Source of the DNA: Amphiscolops sp. MND2022
Taxonomy: Eukaryota
NCBI GenBank assembly: GCA_964187785.1
Contig: OZ076409.1
Coordinates: 38,132,001 to 38,196,000 of the forward strand
Length of the DNA: 64,000 nucleotides
Direction: 5' to 3'
A program made the translations under genes and the position numbers. This document shows, piece after piece, positions 1 to 11,584 of the stretch. Numbering within the stretch: the first letter of the stretch is position 1; every line of letters starts with the position of its first letter. The notes under the pieces were generated by a model, which was not told the origin of the DNA, did not search any database, and was given only the letters and a program-made list of their open reading frames with translations.

Positions 1-91
1 AGGGGCCCTACCCACACGCGCCACATACTCGAACGAATAGTAATCCCGGCACCTAGCGAAAATGACTGCGTGGCACTGGGCATTTGGCATA

Positions 92-160
92 CGTCGTCGA
101 AGGGCATGCCTCGGCATGCCCACGGACGGTGGGCGTTGATGCAAGCAGGGGGGCGTTGAC
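92..160. promoter_or_regulatory. Conserved cassette left-end core: 9-bp inverted repeat GGGCATGCC-TC-GGCATGCCC (p53-family-like site) plus a direct GGGCGTTGA pair; first of 31 copies
   Basis: Palindrome at 102-121. GGGCGTTGA at 131 and 151. The hairpin is present in all 8 types; the second GGCGTTGA is absent in type F. Function is inferred. Confidence 0.6.
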
Positions 161-307
161 GTTGGAGGTGGATTGTAGTAGTAAAGTCAAGTAATGTATT
201 TCAAGTATATGAATTTTTAAAAAATTCCGAAAAAATACAAAAACAAGTCTGTAAGAAGATAAAAAACGCGGGTTTCAAACTTTTGGTCATGGCGCTGGGT
301 CTTTAGC

Positions 308-350
308 GAGTACATTCTCATCTCCCCCGAAAGGGAGATGAAATGTACTC
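308..350. repeat. Second conserved inverted repeat of the short cassettes, GAGTACATTCTCATCTCCC-loop-GGGAGATG(G/A)AATGTACTC
   Basis: Found about 250-290 nt into every short cassette (types A-F and H). The loop varies while the arms are conserved. Absent from type G. Confidence 0.85.
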
Positions 351-1320
351 AACTGTTTTGAGTTATAAGATGATAAAAATTGGAATAAATACATTAAAAT
401 TGTTAATATATCGACGAAAAGTATGTTTATATGACACCAAAGGGTATTGGTGCACTGGAAAATTACAACGAAAGACGTTTTGAGCAGGACAGCTTGCATC
501 TCAACCGCTTTCATATGAGATAAAGACTCAAAACATCAACTTTTCACATGCCTCCTACATCCTTACATCACATTCAAAACGTCATAAGTCAACGTTGAGT
601 CAAGATAAAAAGATGTTCTAAACGGTATTTTTCTCGTCAAAACAAGGGCTTTTGACATGCATTCACTCAAATTACTGGTTGGGGGGTCGTTTCCCCTTCA
701 TTGGGGGCCCGGAAAACGAAAAAAAAATTTTTGAAAATTTTTGAAAATTTTCCAAGTCCCACAACTTTTCGCCCGGGAATGCTGGAACGCTGAAACTCCG
801 TATTTAGGGCCAAATGGTTTTGCTGGGAGTAAATTCGGCCAGGGGGAGGCCTTTAGGCGAGTACATTTTCGAAAAAATGGCAAAGATAAGCTGGACCGTT
901 AGAAAAGGTTCCCCAAAAATACCGTTATTTCTCCAAGACTACAAGTCCGATCGGAACGGGCCCAAGTTCACCGTACAGCCTCAACACCCTAGAGTTTATA
1001 TTCAGCTTAACGCGTCCCGCTCCGGGCACCTGGGAACGAGATATGGGCTGACAAAGTTGAAAAAAGTGCATTTTTGCCATTTTTGGGACCGTTATTTGCC
1101 CATATCTCCTCTCACAGTGGAATTTGGGAAAAATCACCTCCTACACGTTTTACCTACTCACCAATTCCAGGCCACATGCCAAATTTCAGAAAAATCGTAT
1201 GGCTCAAACTATGAGATCTCGTAGAATTCTGCACGTTTCGGTGAGCATCCAATTCTTCTAGGTCGTCGCGGGGCCCTACCCACTCCTCGATGCAAAAGCA
1301 CGTCGAAAAGACACGGCCAC

Positions 1321-2609
1321 CTAGGCTAACGCGTTAACGCATATCTTGGTATACGTCGTCGAAGGGCATGCCTCGGCATGCCCACGGACGGGGGGCGTTG
1401 ATAAATATGGGGGCGTTGATATAAAATAATTGTCGTTGTAAGCAACTTGGTATTAAAAGGCACGTGCTGATTTTTCTGCATATCCAGACAGATTACCAAG
1501 ATTTAACTCTATGAAAATGTCGGAACCAATATGTAATCCTTATACTGCGTAGCTCGGGAAGGTAAGGGCCGTAGTTCGGTGCTTTTTGCGAGTACATTCT
1601 CATCTCCCCCGGAAGGGGGGATGGAATGTACTCAACTGTTTCAAGTTATTTGATGAGAAAAAAATGAATAAATACACAAAATTTTTTATTATAACAACAA
1701 AAAAATATGTCAAACGACAACAAAGGGTGTTGATTGATTGCCAAACTGCCATGAATTACGTTCTGAGCAAACCATATTGCATCTCAATGGCTTTCAGATC
1801 AGATAAATACTCATAACGTTTACTATTCACGTGCTTTACACCTCCAAACATCACCTTCAAAACGTCATAAGTCAACGTTGAGCCAAGATAAAAAGACGTT
1901 CTAAACGGCATTTTTCTCCTCTAAACAAGGGCTTTGCACATGCATTCACTTGCTTTACTGGTTTGGGGGTCTTTTCCCCCACTTTGGGGGCCCAAATAAC
2001 GGAAAAAAAAATTTTTGAAAATTTTTGAAATTTTCTAAGTCCCACAACTTTTCGCCCGGGAATGCTGGAACGCTGAAACTCCGTATTTAGGGCCAAATGG
2101 TTTTGCTGGGAATAAAACCGGCCAGGGGAGGCCTTTAGGCGAGTGCATTTTCGAAAAAATGGCAAAGATAAGCTGGACCGTTAGAAAAATGAAACCCCCC
2201 CGCTCCGGAAAAACGCTATATCTCCTCGAGTTTAGGTCCGATTGAGCTGAAAATTTCACACAGCATTCCTGAGACAGTTTGCAAACTTTCGTCAGCAAGG
2301 TTTGGAAGCGCTAGCGTGTACCCGTGGCGAGATATAAGATGAAATTTAAAAAAAGTTGAAAATTTTACCCCAAAAACCGTTATTTTGGTCAACAAAAAAT
2401 GTTTAGCGGGAAAAACGTCAGTAGGGAATCATCTTCACCGTGCCGAGGGGGGTACGTGTGCCAAATTTCAGCCAAATCGTATGGCTAGTTTACGAGATCC
2501 CAATTTTTTATGTCGTTTTCATCGGTTGAAAGACCCGATACCACGGAAGCGCGTCAGGGACCCTCCCCAACCGCGCAACTTCCCCCATTGTGTAAAAAAA
2601 CACCGGCAC
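1321..2609. mobile_element. Cassette type B, representative copy (9 copies, 1286-1292 bp)
   Basis: Diagnostic GATAAATATGGGGGCGTTGATATAAAA after the core. The right-hand body is shared with types C and H. Several different left and right terminal variants occur. Confidence 0.6.
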
Positions 2610-3883
2610 CTAGCGGCTACAGCGCTCCAGGTATATCTTGGTATACGTCGTCGAAGGGCATGCCTCGGCATGCCCACGGACGGTGGGCGTTGATGCAAGT
2701 AGGGGGGCGCTGACGTTAGAGATGGTTTTTGGTGAGGGAAGTTTCAAAATAGGTAAGAAACGTTCACTTTGTCGAGTCACAGTGTACAAAAAGAAGAATT
2801 TTTTCCACAAAATGAAACAATTTTCAATCTCTTTTGTGTTGGGGAAGATATAGACCGTAGTTCCTGACCTTTAGCGAGTACATTCTCATCTCCCCCGGGA
2901 AGGGAGATGGAATGTACTCAACTGTTTCAAGTTATTTGATGAGAATAAAATGAATAAATACACAAAAAAATTGTTATTATAGAAACGAAAATTACGTGAA
3001 AAGACACCAAAGGGTGATAATGGACAGCGAAACTGCAATGAAACACGTTTTGAGCAAAACATGTTGTATCTCAATGGCTTTCAGATGGGATAAATACTCA
3101 AAACATCAATTTTCCGTATCTAACGGTCACCTTCAAAACGACAAAAGTCAATGTCAAGTTAAGATAAAAAGACGTTCTAGACGGCATTTTTCTCGTCTAA
3201 ACAAGGGCTTTCCACATGCATTCACTTGCTTTACTGGTTGGGGGGTCTTTTCCCCCACTTTGAGGGCCCAAATAACGGAAAAAATTTTTTTTGAAAATTT
3301 TTGAACTTTTCTAAGTCCCACAACTTTTCGCCCGGGAATGCTGGAACGCTGAAACTCCGTATTTAGGGCCAAATGGTTTTGTTGGGAATAAAACCGGCCA
3401 GGGGAGGCCTTTAGGCGAGTGCATTTTCGAAAAAATGGCAAAGATAAGCTGGACCGTTAGAAAATTGAAACCCCCCCGCTCCGGGAAAACGCTATATCTC
3501 CTCGAGTTTAAGTCCGATTGAGCTGAAAATTTCACACAGCATTCCTAAGACAGTTTGCAAACTTTCGTCAGCAAGGTTTGGAAGCGCTAGCGTGTACCCG
3601 TGGCGAGATATAAGATGAAATTTAAAAAAAGTTCAAAATTTTACCCCAAAAACCGTTATTTTGGTCAACAAAAAATGTTTAGCGGGAAAAACGTCAGTAG
3701 GAAATCATCTTCACCGTGCCGAGGGGGGTACGTGTGCCAAATTTCAGCCAAATCGTATGGATACTTTAGGAGATCCCGGAATTCAGGGGGTCTATTTAGG
3801 AGTAGGAAAACCGAAAACACAGGAGCGCGCCAGGGGCCCTACCCACACGCGCAGAATTCCTTATCGAATGGAAATCCCGGCAC
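2610..3883. mobile_element. Cassette type C, representative copy (4 copies, 1274-1284 bp)
   Basis: GACGTTAGAGATG after the core, then CGAGTCAC and GAAGATATAGACCGTAGTTCCTGACC. The right-hand body is B-like. Confidence 0.6.
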
Positions 3884-6800
3884 CTAGCCGCTACCGCGCT
3901 AACGCATATTTTGGTGCGGGTCGTCGAAGGGCATGCCTCGGCATGCCCACGGACGGGGGGCGTTGATAAATATGGGGGCGTTGATATAAAAGAATTGTCG
4001 TTGTGAGCAATTTGGTATTAAAAGGCACGTGCTGATTTTTCGGCTTCTCCAGACAGATTACCAAGATATAACTCTATGAAAATGTCGGAACCAATATGTA
4101 ATCCTTATACTGCGTAGCTCGGGAAGGTAAGGGCCGTAGTTCGGTGCTTTTTGCGAGTACATTCTCATCTCCCCCGGAAGGGGGGGATGGAATGTACTCA
4201 ACTGTTCCAAGTTATTTGATGAGAAAAAAATGAATAAATACACAAAATTTTTTATTATAACAAAAAAAAAGTATGTCAAACGACAACAAAGGGCGTTGAT
4301 TGATTGTCAAACTGCAATGAATTACGTTTTGAGCAAACCATATTGCATCTCAATGGCTTTCAGATCAGATAAATACTCATAACGTTTACTATTCACTTGC
4401 TTTACACCTCCAAACATCACCTTCAAAACGTCATAAGTCAACGTTGAGCTAAGATAAAAAGACGTTCTAAACGGCATTTTTCTCGTCCAAACAAGGGCTT
4501 TGCACATGCATTCACTTGTTTTACTGGTTGGGGGTCTTTTCCCCCACTTTGGAGGCCCAAATAACGGAAAAAAAAATTTTTGAAATTTTTTGAAATTTTC
4601 TAAGTCCCACAACTTTTCGCCCGGGAATGCTAGAACGCTGAAACTCCGTATTTAGGGCCAAATGGTTTTGCTGGGAATAAAACCGGCCAGGGGAGGCCTT
4701 TAGGCGAGTGCATTTTCGAAAAAATGGCAAAGATAAGCTGGACCGTTAGAAAAATGAAACCCCCCCGCTCCGGAAAAACGCTATATCTCCGCGAGTTTAA
4801 GTCCGATTGAGCTGAAAATTTCACACAGCATTCCTGAGACAGTTTGCAAACTTTCGTCAGCAAGGTTTGGAAGCGCTAGCGTGTACCCGTGGCGAGATAT
4901 AAGATGAAATTTAAAAAAAGTTGAAAATTTTACCCCAAAAACCGTTATTTTGGTCAACAAAAAATGTTTAGCGAGCAAAACGTCAGTAGGGAATCATCTT
5001 CACCGTGCCGAGGGGGGTACGTGTGCCAAATTTCAGCCAAATCGTACGGCTAGTTTTCGAGATCCCAAAATTTTTGATGGGTACGTAAAGGTTAAAAAAT
5101 CCGAAATCCCGGGAGCGCGTCAGGGACCCTCCCCAACCGCGCAACTTCCCCCTTTGTGTAAAAAAACACCGGCACCTAGCGGCTACCGCGCTCCAGGTAT
5201 ATCTTGGTATACGTCGTCGAAGGGCATGCCTCGGCATGCCCACGGACGGTGGGCGTTGATGCAAGTAGGGGGGCGCTGACGTTAGAGATGAGTTGTGGTA
5301 TGCTGAGTTTCAAAGTAAGTAAGAAACGTTCATTTTGTCGAGTCACAGAGGGCAAAAAGAAGTTTTCTGCGACAAACTGAAACCATTTGCAATCCCTTTT
5401 GTGTTGTGGAAGATATAGACCGTAGTTCCTGACCTTTAGCGAGTACATTCTCATCTCCCCCGGGAAGGGAGATGGAATGTACTCAACTGTTTCAAGTTAT
5501 TTGATGAGAAAAAATGAATAAATACACAAAAAAATTGTTATTATAGAAACGAAAATTACGTGAAAAGACACCAAAGGGTGATATTGGACAGCGAAACTGC
5601 AATGAAACACGTTTTGAGCAAAACATGTTGTATCTCAATGGCTTTCAGATGGGATAAATACTCAAAACATCAATTTTCCGTATCTAACGGTCACCTTCAA
5701 AACCATAAAAGTCAATGTCAAGTTAAGATAAAAAGACGTTCTAAACGGCATTTTTCTCGTCTAAACAAGGGCTTTCCACATGCATTCACTTGCTTTACTG
5801 GTTGGGGGGTCTTTTCCCCCACTTTGAGGGCCCAAATAACGGAAAAAATTTTTTTTGAAAATTTTTGAACTTTTCTAAGTCCCACAACTTTTCGCCCGGG
5901 AATGCTGGAACGCTGAAACTCCGTATTTAGGGCCAAATGGTTTTGTTGGGAATAAAACCGGCCAGGGGAGGCCTTTAGGCGAGTGCATTTTCGAAAAAAT
6001 GGCAAAGATAAGCTGGACCGTTAGAAAAATGAAACCCCCCCGCTCCGAAAAAACGCTATATCTCCCCGAGTTTAAGTCCGATTGAGCTGAAAATTTCACA
6101 CAGCATTCCTGAGACAGTTTGCAAGCTTTCGTCAGCAAGGTTTGGAAGCGCTAGCGTGTATCCGAGGCGAGATATAAGATGAAATATAAAAAAAATTCAA
6201 AATTTTACCCCAAAAACCGTTATTTTGGTCAACAAAAAATGTTTAGCGGGAAAAACGTCAGTAGGAAATCATCTTCACCGTGCCGAGGGGGGTACGTGTG
6301 CCAAATTTCAGCCAAATCGTACGGCTAGTTTACGAGATCGAAGTCAGGTGTCACGCTATCATAGGTTAGAAGACCCGAAACCACGGAAGCGCGTCAGGGA
6401 CCCTCCCCACACGCGCAACATCCCCCATTGTGTAAAAATACACCGGCACCTAGCTGCTACCGCGCTAACGCATATTTTGGTGCGGGTCGTCGAAGGACAT
6501 GCCTCGGCATGCCCACGGACGGGGGGCGTTGATAAATATGGGGGCGTTGATATAAAATAATTGTCGTTGTGAGCAACTTGGTATTAAAAGGCACGTGCTG
6601 ATTTTTCGGCATATCCAGACAGATTACCAAGATATAACTCTATGAAAATGTCGGAACCAATATGTAATCCTTATACTGCGTAGCTCGGGAAGGTAAGGGC
6701 CGTAGTTCGGTGCTTTTTGCGAGTACATTCTCATCTCCCCCGGAAGGGGGGGATGGAATGTACTCAACTGTTCCAAGTTATTTGATGAGAAAAAAATGAA

Positions 6801-9800
6801 TAAATACACGAAATTTTTTATTTTAAAAACAAAAAAGTATGTCAAACGACAACAAAGGGTGTTGATTGATTGCCAAACTGCAATGAATTACGTTTTGAGC
6901 AATCATATTGCATCTCAATGGCTTTCAGATCAGATAAATACTCATAACGTTTACTATTCACTTGCTTTACACCTCCAAACATCACCTTCAAAACGTCATA
7001 AGTCAACGTTGAGCCAAGATAAAAAGACGTTCTAAACGGCATTTTTCTCCTCTAAACATGGCCTTTCCACATGCATTCACTTGATTCACTGGTTGGGGGG
7101 TCTTTTCCCCCACTTTGGGGGCCCAAATAACGAAAAAAAATTTTTTGAAAATTTTTGAAATTTTCTAAGTCCCACAACTTTTCGCCCGAGAATGCTGGAA
7201 CGCTGAAACTCCGTATTTAGGGCCAAATGGTTTTGCTGGGAATAAAACCGGCCAGGGGAGGCCTTTAGGCGAGTGCATTTTCGAAAAAATGGCAAAGATA
7301 AGCTGGACCGTTAGAAAAATGAAACCCCCCCGTTACGGAAAAACGCTATATCTCCTCGAGTTTGAGTCCGATTGAGCTGAAATTTTCACACAGCATTCCT
7401 GAGACAGTTTGCAAACTTTCGTCAGCAAGGTTTGGAAGCGCTAGCGTGCACCCGTGGCGAAATATAAGATGAAATTTAAAAAAAGTTGAAAATTTTACCC
7501 CAAAAACCGTTATTTTGGTCAACAAAAAATGTTTAGCGGGAAAAACGTCAGTAGGAAATCATCTTCACCGTGCCGAGGGGGGTACGTGTGCCAAATTTCA
7601 GCCAAATCGTATGGCTAGTTTACGAGATCTCAATTTTCTTTGTCGATTTCACTAGTTGAAAAACCTGATCTCACGGAAGCGCGTCAGGGACCCTCCCCAA
7701 CCGCGCAACTTCCCCCATTGTGTAAAAAGACACCGGCACCTAGGCTAACGCGCTCGAACATATCTTGGTATACGTCGTCGAAGGGCATGCCTCGGCATGC
7801 CCACGGACGGGGGGCGTTGATAAATATGGGGGCGTTGATATAAAATAATTGTCGTTGTAAGCAACTTGGTATAAAAAAGCACGTGCTGGTTTTTCGGCAT
7901 ATCCAGACAGATTACCAAGATTTAACTCTATGAAAATGTCGGAACCAATATGTAATCCTTATACTGCGTAGCTCGGGAAGGTAAGGGCCGTAGTTCGGTG
8001 CTTTTTGCGAGTACATTCTCATCTCCCCCGGAAGGGGGTGATGGAATGTACTCAACTGTTTCAAGTTATTTGATGAGAAAAAAATGAATAAATACACAAA
8101 ATTTTTTATTATAACAACAAAAAAGTATGTCAAACGACAACAAAGGGTGTTGATTGATTGCCAAACTGCCATGAATTACGTTTTGAGCAAACCATATTCA
8201 TCTCAATGGCTTTCAGATCAGATAAATACTCATAACGTTTACTATTCACGTGCTTTACACCTCCAAACATCACCTTCAAAACGTCATAAGTCAACGTTGA
8301 GCCAAGATAAAAAGACGTTCCAAACGGCATTTTTCTCCTCTAAACATGGCCTTTCCACATGAATTCACTCAAATTACTGGTTGGGGGGTCTTTTCCCCTA
8401 GGGGGGGAGGGCGGAAAACGGAAAAAAAAATTTTTGAAAATTTTTGAACTTTTCTAAGTCCCACAACTTTTCACCCGGGAATGCTGGAACGCTGAAACTC
8501 CGTATTTAGGGCCAAATGGTTTTGCTGGGAATAAAACCGGCCAGGGGAGGCCTTTAGGCGAGTGCATTTTCGAAAAAATGGCAAAGATAAGCTGGACCGT
8601 TAGAAAAATGAAACCCCCCCGCTCCGGAAAAACGCTATATCTCCTTGAGTTTAAGTCCGATTGAGCTGAAAATTTCACACCGCATTCCTGAGACAGTTTG
8701 CAAGCTTTCTTTAGCAGGGTTTGGAAGCGCTAGCGTAAACCCGTGGCGAGATATAAGATGAAATTTAAAAAAAATTCAAAATTTTACCCCAAAAACCGTT
8801 ATTTTGGACAACAAAAAAAATTTTGCGGGAAAAACGTCAGTAGGAAATCATCTTCACCGTGCCGAGGGGGGTACGTGTGCCAAATTTCAGCCAAATCGTG
8901 TGGCTAGTTTAGGAGATCCCGAAAAATCGACCCCTGTTTCCTAGCTGGTGAACACCATACCCAAGAGCGCGCAAGGGACCCTACCCAAGGCGCGCCACAT
9001 ACTTTATCGAATAGAAATCCCGGCACCTAGCGGCTACCGCGCTTGGGGTATATCTTGGTGCACGTCGTCGAAGGGCATGCCTCGGCATGCCCACGGACGG
9101 GGGGCGTTGATAAATATGGGGGCGTTGATATAAAATAATTGTCGTTGTGAGCAACTTGGTATTAAAAGTCACGTGCTGATTTTTCTGCATATCCAGACAG
9201 ATTACCAAGATATAACTCTATCAAAATGTCGAAACCAATATGCAATCTTTATACTGCGTAGCTCGGGAAGGTAAGGGCCATAGTTCGAGGCTTTTTGCGA
9301 GTACATTCTCATCTCCCCCGGGAAGGGAGATGGAATGTACTCAACTGTTTCAAGTTATTTGATGAGAAAAAAATAAATAATTACACAAAATTTTTTATTA
9401 TATCAACAAAAAAAAATGTCAAACGACAACAAAGGGTGTTGATTGACTGCCAAACTGAAATGAATTACGTTTTGGGCAAATCAGATTGCATCTGAATGGC
9501 TTTCAGATCAAATAAATACTCATAACGTTTACTTTTCACGTGCTTCACACCTCTTTACATCACCTTCAAAACGTCATAAGTCAACGTTGAGTAAAGATAA
9601 AAAGACGTTCTAAACGACATTTTTCTCCTCTAAACAAGCGCTTTGCACATGCATTCACTCAAAATACTGGTTGGGGGGTCCTTTCCCCCACATTGGGGGC
9701 CCAAATAACGGAAAAAAAATTTTTGAAAATTTTTGAAATTTTCTAAGTCCCACAACTTTTCGCCCGAAAATGCTAGAACGCTGAAACCCCGTATTTAAGG

Positions 9801-10315
9801 CCAAATGGTTTTTTTGGGAGTAAAACCGGCCAGGGGAGGCCTTTAGGCGAGTGCATTTTCGAAAAAATGGCAAAGATACGCTGGACCGTTAGAAAAATGA
9901 AACCCCCCCGCTCCGGAAAAACGCTATATCTCCTCGAGTTTAAGTCCGATTGAGCTGAAAATTTCACACCGCATTCCTGAGACAGTTTGCAAACTTTCGT
10001 CAGCAAGGTTTTGAAGCGCTAGCGTAAACCTGGGGCGAGATATAAGAGGAAATTTAAAAAAAGTTGAAAATTTTCCACCAAAAACCGTTATTTTGGTCAA
10101 CAAAAAATGTTTAGCGGGAAAAACGTCAGTAGGAAATCATCTTCACCGTGCCGAGGGGGGTACGTGTGCCAAATTTCAGCCAAATCGTATGGATAGTTTA
10201 CGAGATCGGAGATAACTGGGGTGTGAATTTGGAGTAGGAAAACCGAAAACACAGGAGCGCGCCAGGGGCCCTACCCACACGCGCAGAATTCCTTATCGAA
10301 TGGAAATCCCGGCAC

Positions 10316-11584
10316 CTAGAAAAAATTGGGCGCCCTGTGGCGCTAATGGGCATACGTCGTCGAAGGGCATGCCTCGGCATGCCCACGGACGGTGGGCGTT
10401 GATGCGAGTTTGTGGCGTTGACGTTACAGAAGTAACGTTGAGCTGATGGTGTGTAAGGTGGTTAGTAGGGAAAGTTTGGAGTGACAGAGAAAGAAACCAG
10501 TCTAAATATTAGTGGGCTTGCGCGACAGCCTAGAAAACATTGTATAAAAATAAAATTGCGCCATTGTGCGTGTCATTTAGCGGGTACATTCTCATCTCCC
10601 CCACAAAGGGGGAGATGGAATGTACGCAACAGTTTTGTGCTATCGGATGAATAAGACGGTATCAAAACGGTATCAAAGTGGGTCAAAAGACTCTAAATGG
10701 CGTTGCTGCACTAGACAACGGCAATTTACCAGCTTTGGGGTTGACTGGACGTATTCCGATTTGTTTTCAAAGAGACTTAGGTTTTTTAATTTTTTAGCAC
10801 ATAGGAAGCTCACACTAAAAATGTCATAAGTCAACGTCAGGTTAAGCTACAGAGTTTTATAATAGCTCATTTTCCTGGTCTATTCAAGCACTTTCCACAT
10901 GCATTCACTTGCAATACTAGTTGTGTGGAAGTTTCTTGACTTTGGGAGGCCTGAAATTGAAAAAAAATTTTTTGAACATTTTTTGAAAAAATTCTAAGTC
11001 ATTTATCTTTCATTCGGGAAACGCTGGAACGCTGAAACTGCGGCAAAAGGGCCAAATGGCTTTTTTGGGATGTAAACCGGCCAGGGGAGGCCTTTAGGCG
11101 AGGACCTGGAAAAAAATCTGGGCAAAAAACGGCAGAGATAGACTGGGTTTTCGAAAAAAAGTCGAGGAAATGCGCCAAATTTCCGGCTATTACTCATCCA
11201 ATTTTCATCCGATTTGGACGAAATTTTGTTCGCGCACTCCCCTTTTAGTGCTGAGTAATATTGCTCTCCACGTGCGACCCGCTCCGAGCACCTCAAAAAA
11301 AGTTATGGACCGTCAAATTCGAAAAAGACAATAAAAACGCAACAATGGGCATTTTAAACGCAATTTTGGTCAACATAAAATATTTCAATCGAAAAACGCC
11401 ACTAGGAAAAAGTTCTTATAATCTTTCAAGGAGGCTCTGTGCCAAATTTGAGCGAATCCTACAGGCTGGATCCTGAGATCTGAGAATTGTGATAGGTTTT
11501 GCATAGTATGAATTCCGGTTAACAGCCGCCCGGGGCCCCTCCCCCAGCGGCAAAGATTTTGCTGAAAAAAAAATTCCCGGCCAC
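10316..11584. mobile_element. Cassette type D (single divergent copy, 1269 bp)
   Basis: Unique left end CTAGAAAAAATTGGGCGCC. It keeps the core, the second hairpin, the GCTGGAACGCTGAAAC and CCGGCCAGGGGAGGCCTTTAGG blocks and the end GGCCAC, but the sequence between these blocks is divergent. Confidence 0.6.

Larger units (their letters stand above)
53..1320. mobile_element. Cassette type A, representative copy (8 copies, about 1268 bp); putative non-autonomous element
   Basis: Begins CTAGCGA(T/A)AATGACTGCGTGGCAC, has TTGGAGGTGG..GTAGTAGTAAAGTCAA after the core and ends GACACGGCCAC. No conserved ORF. The mobile-element call is inferred from the precise joints. Confidence 0.6.
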
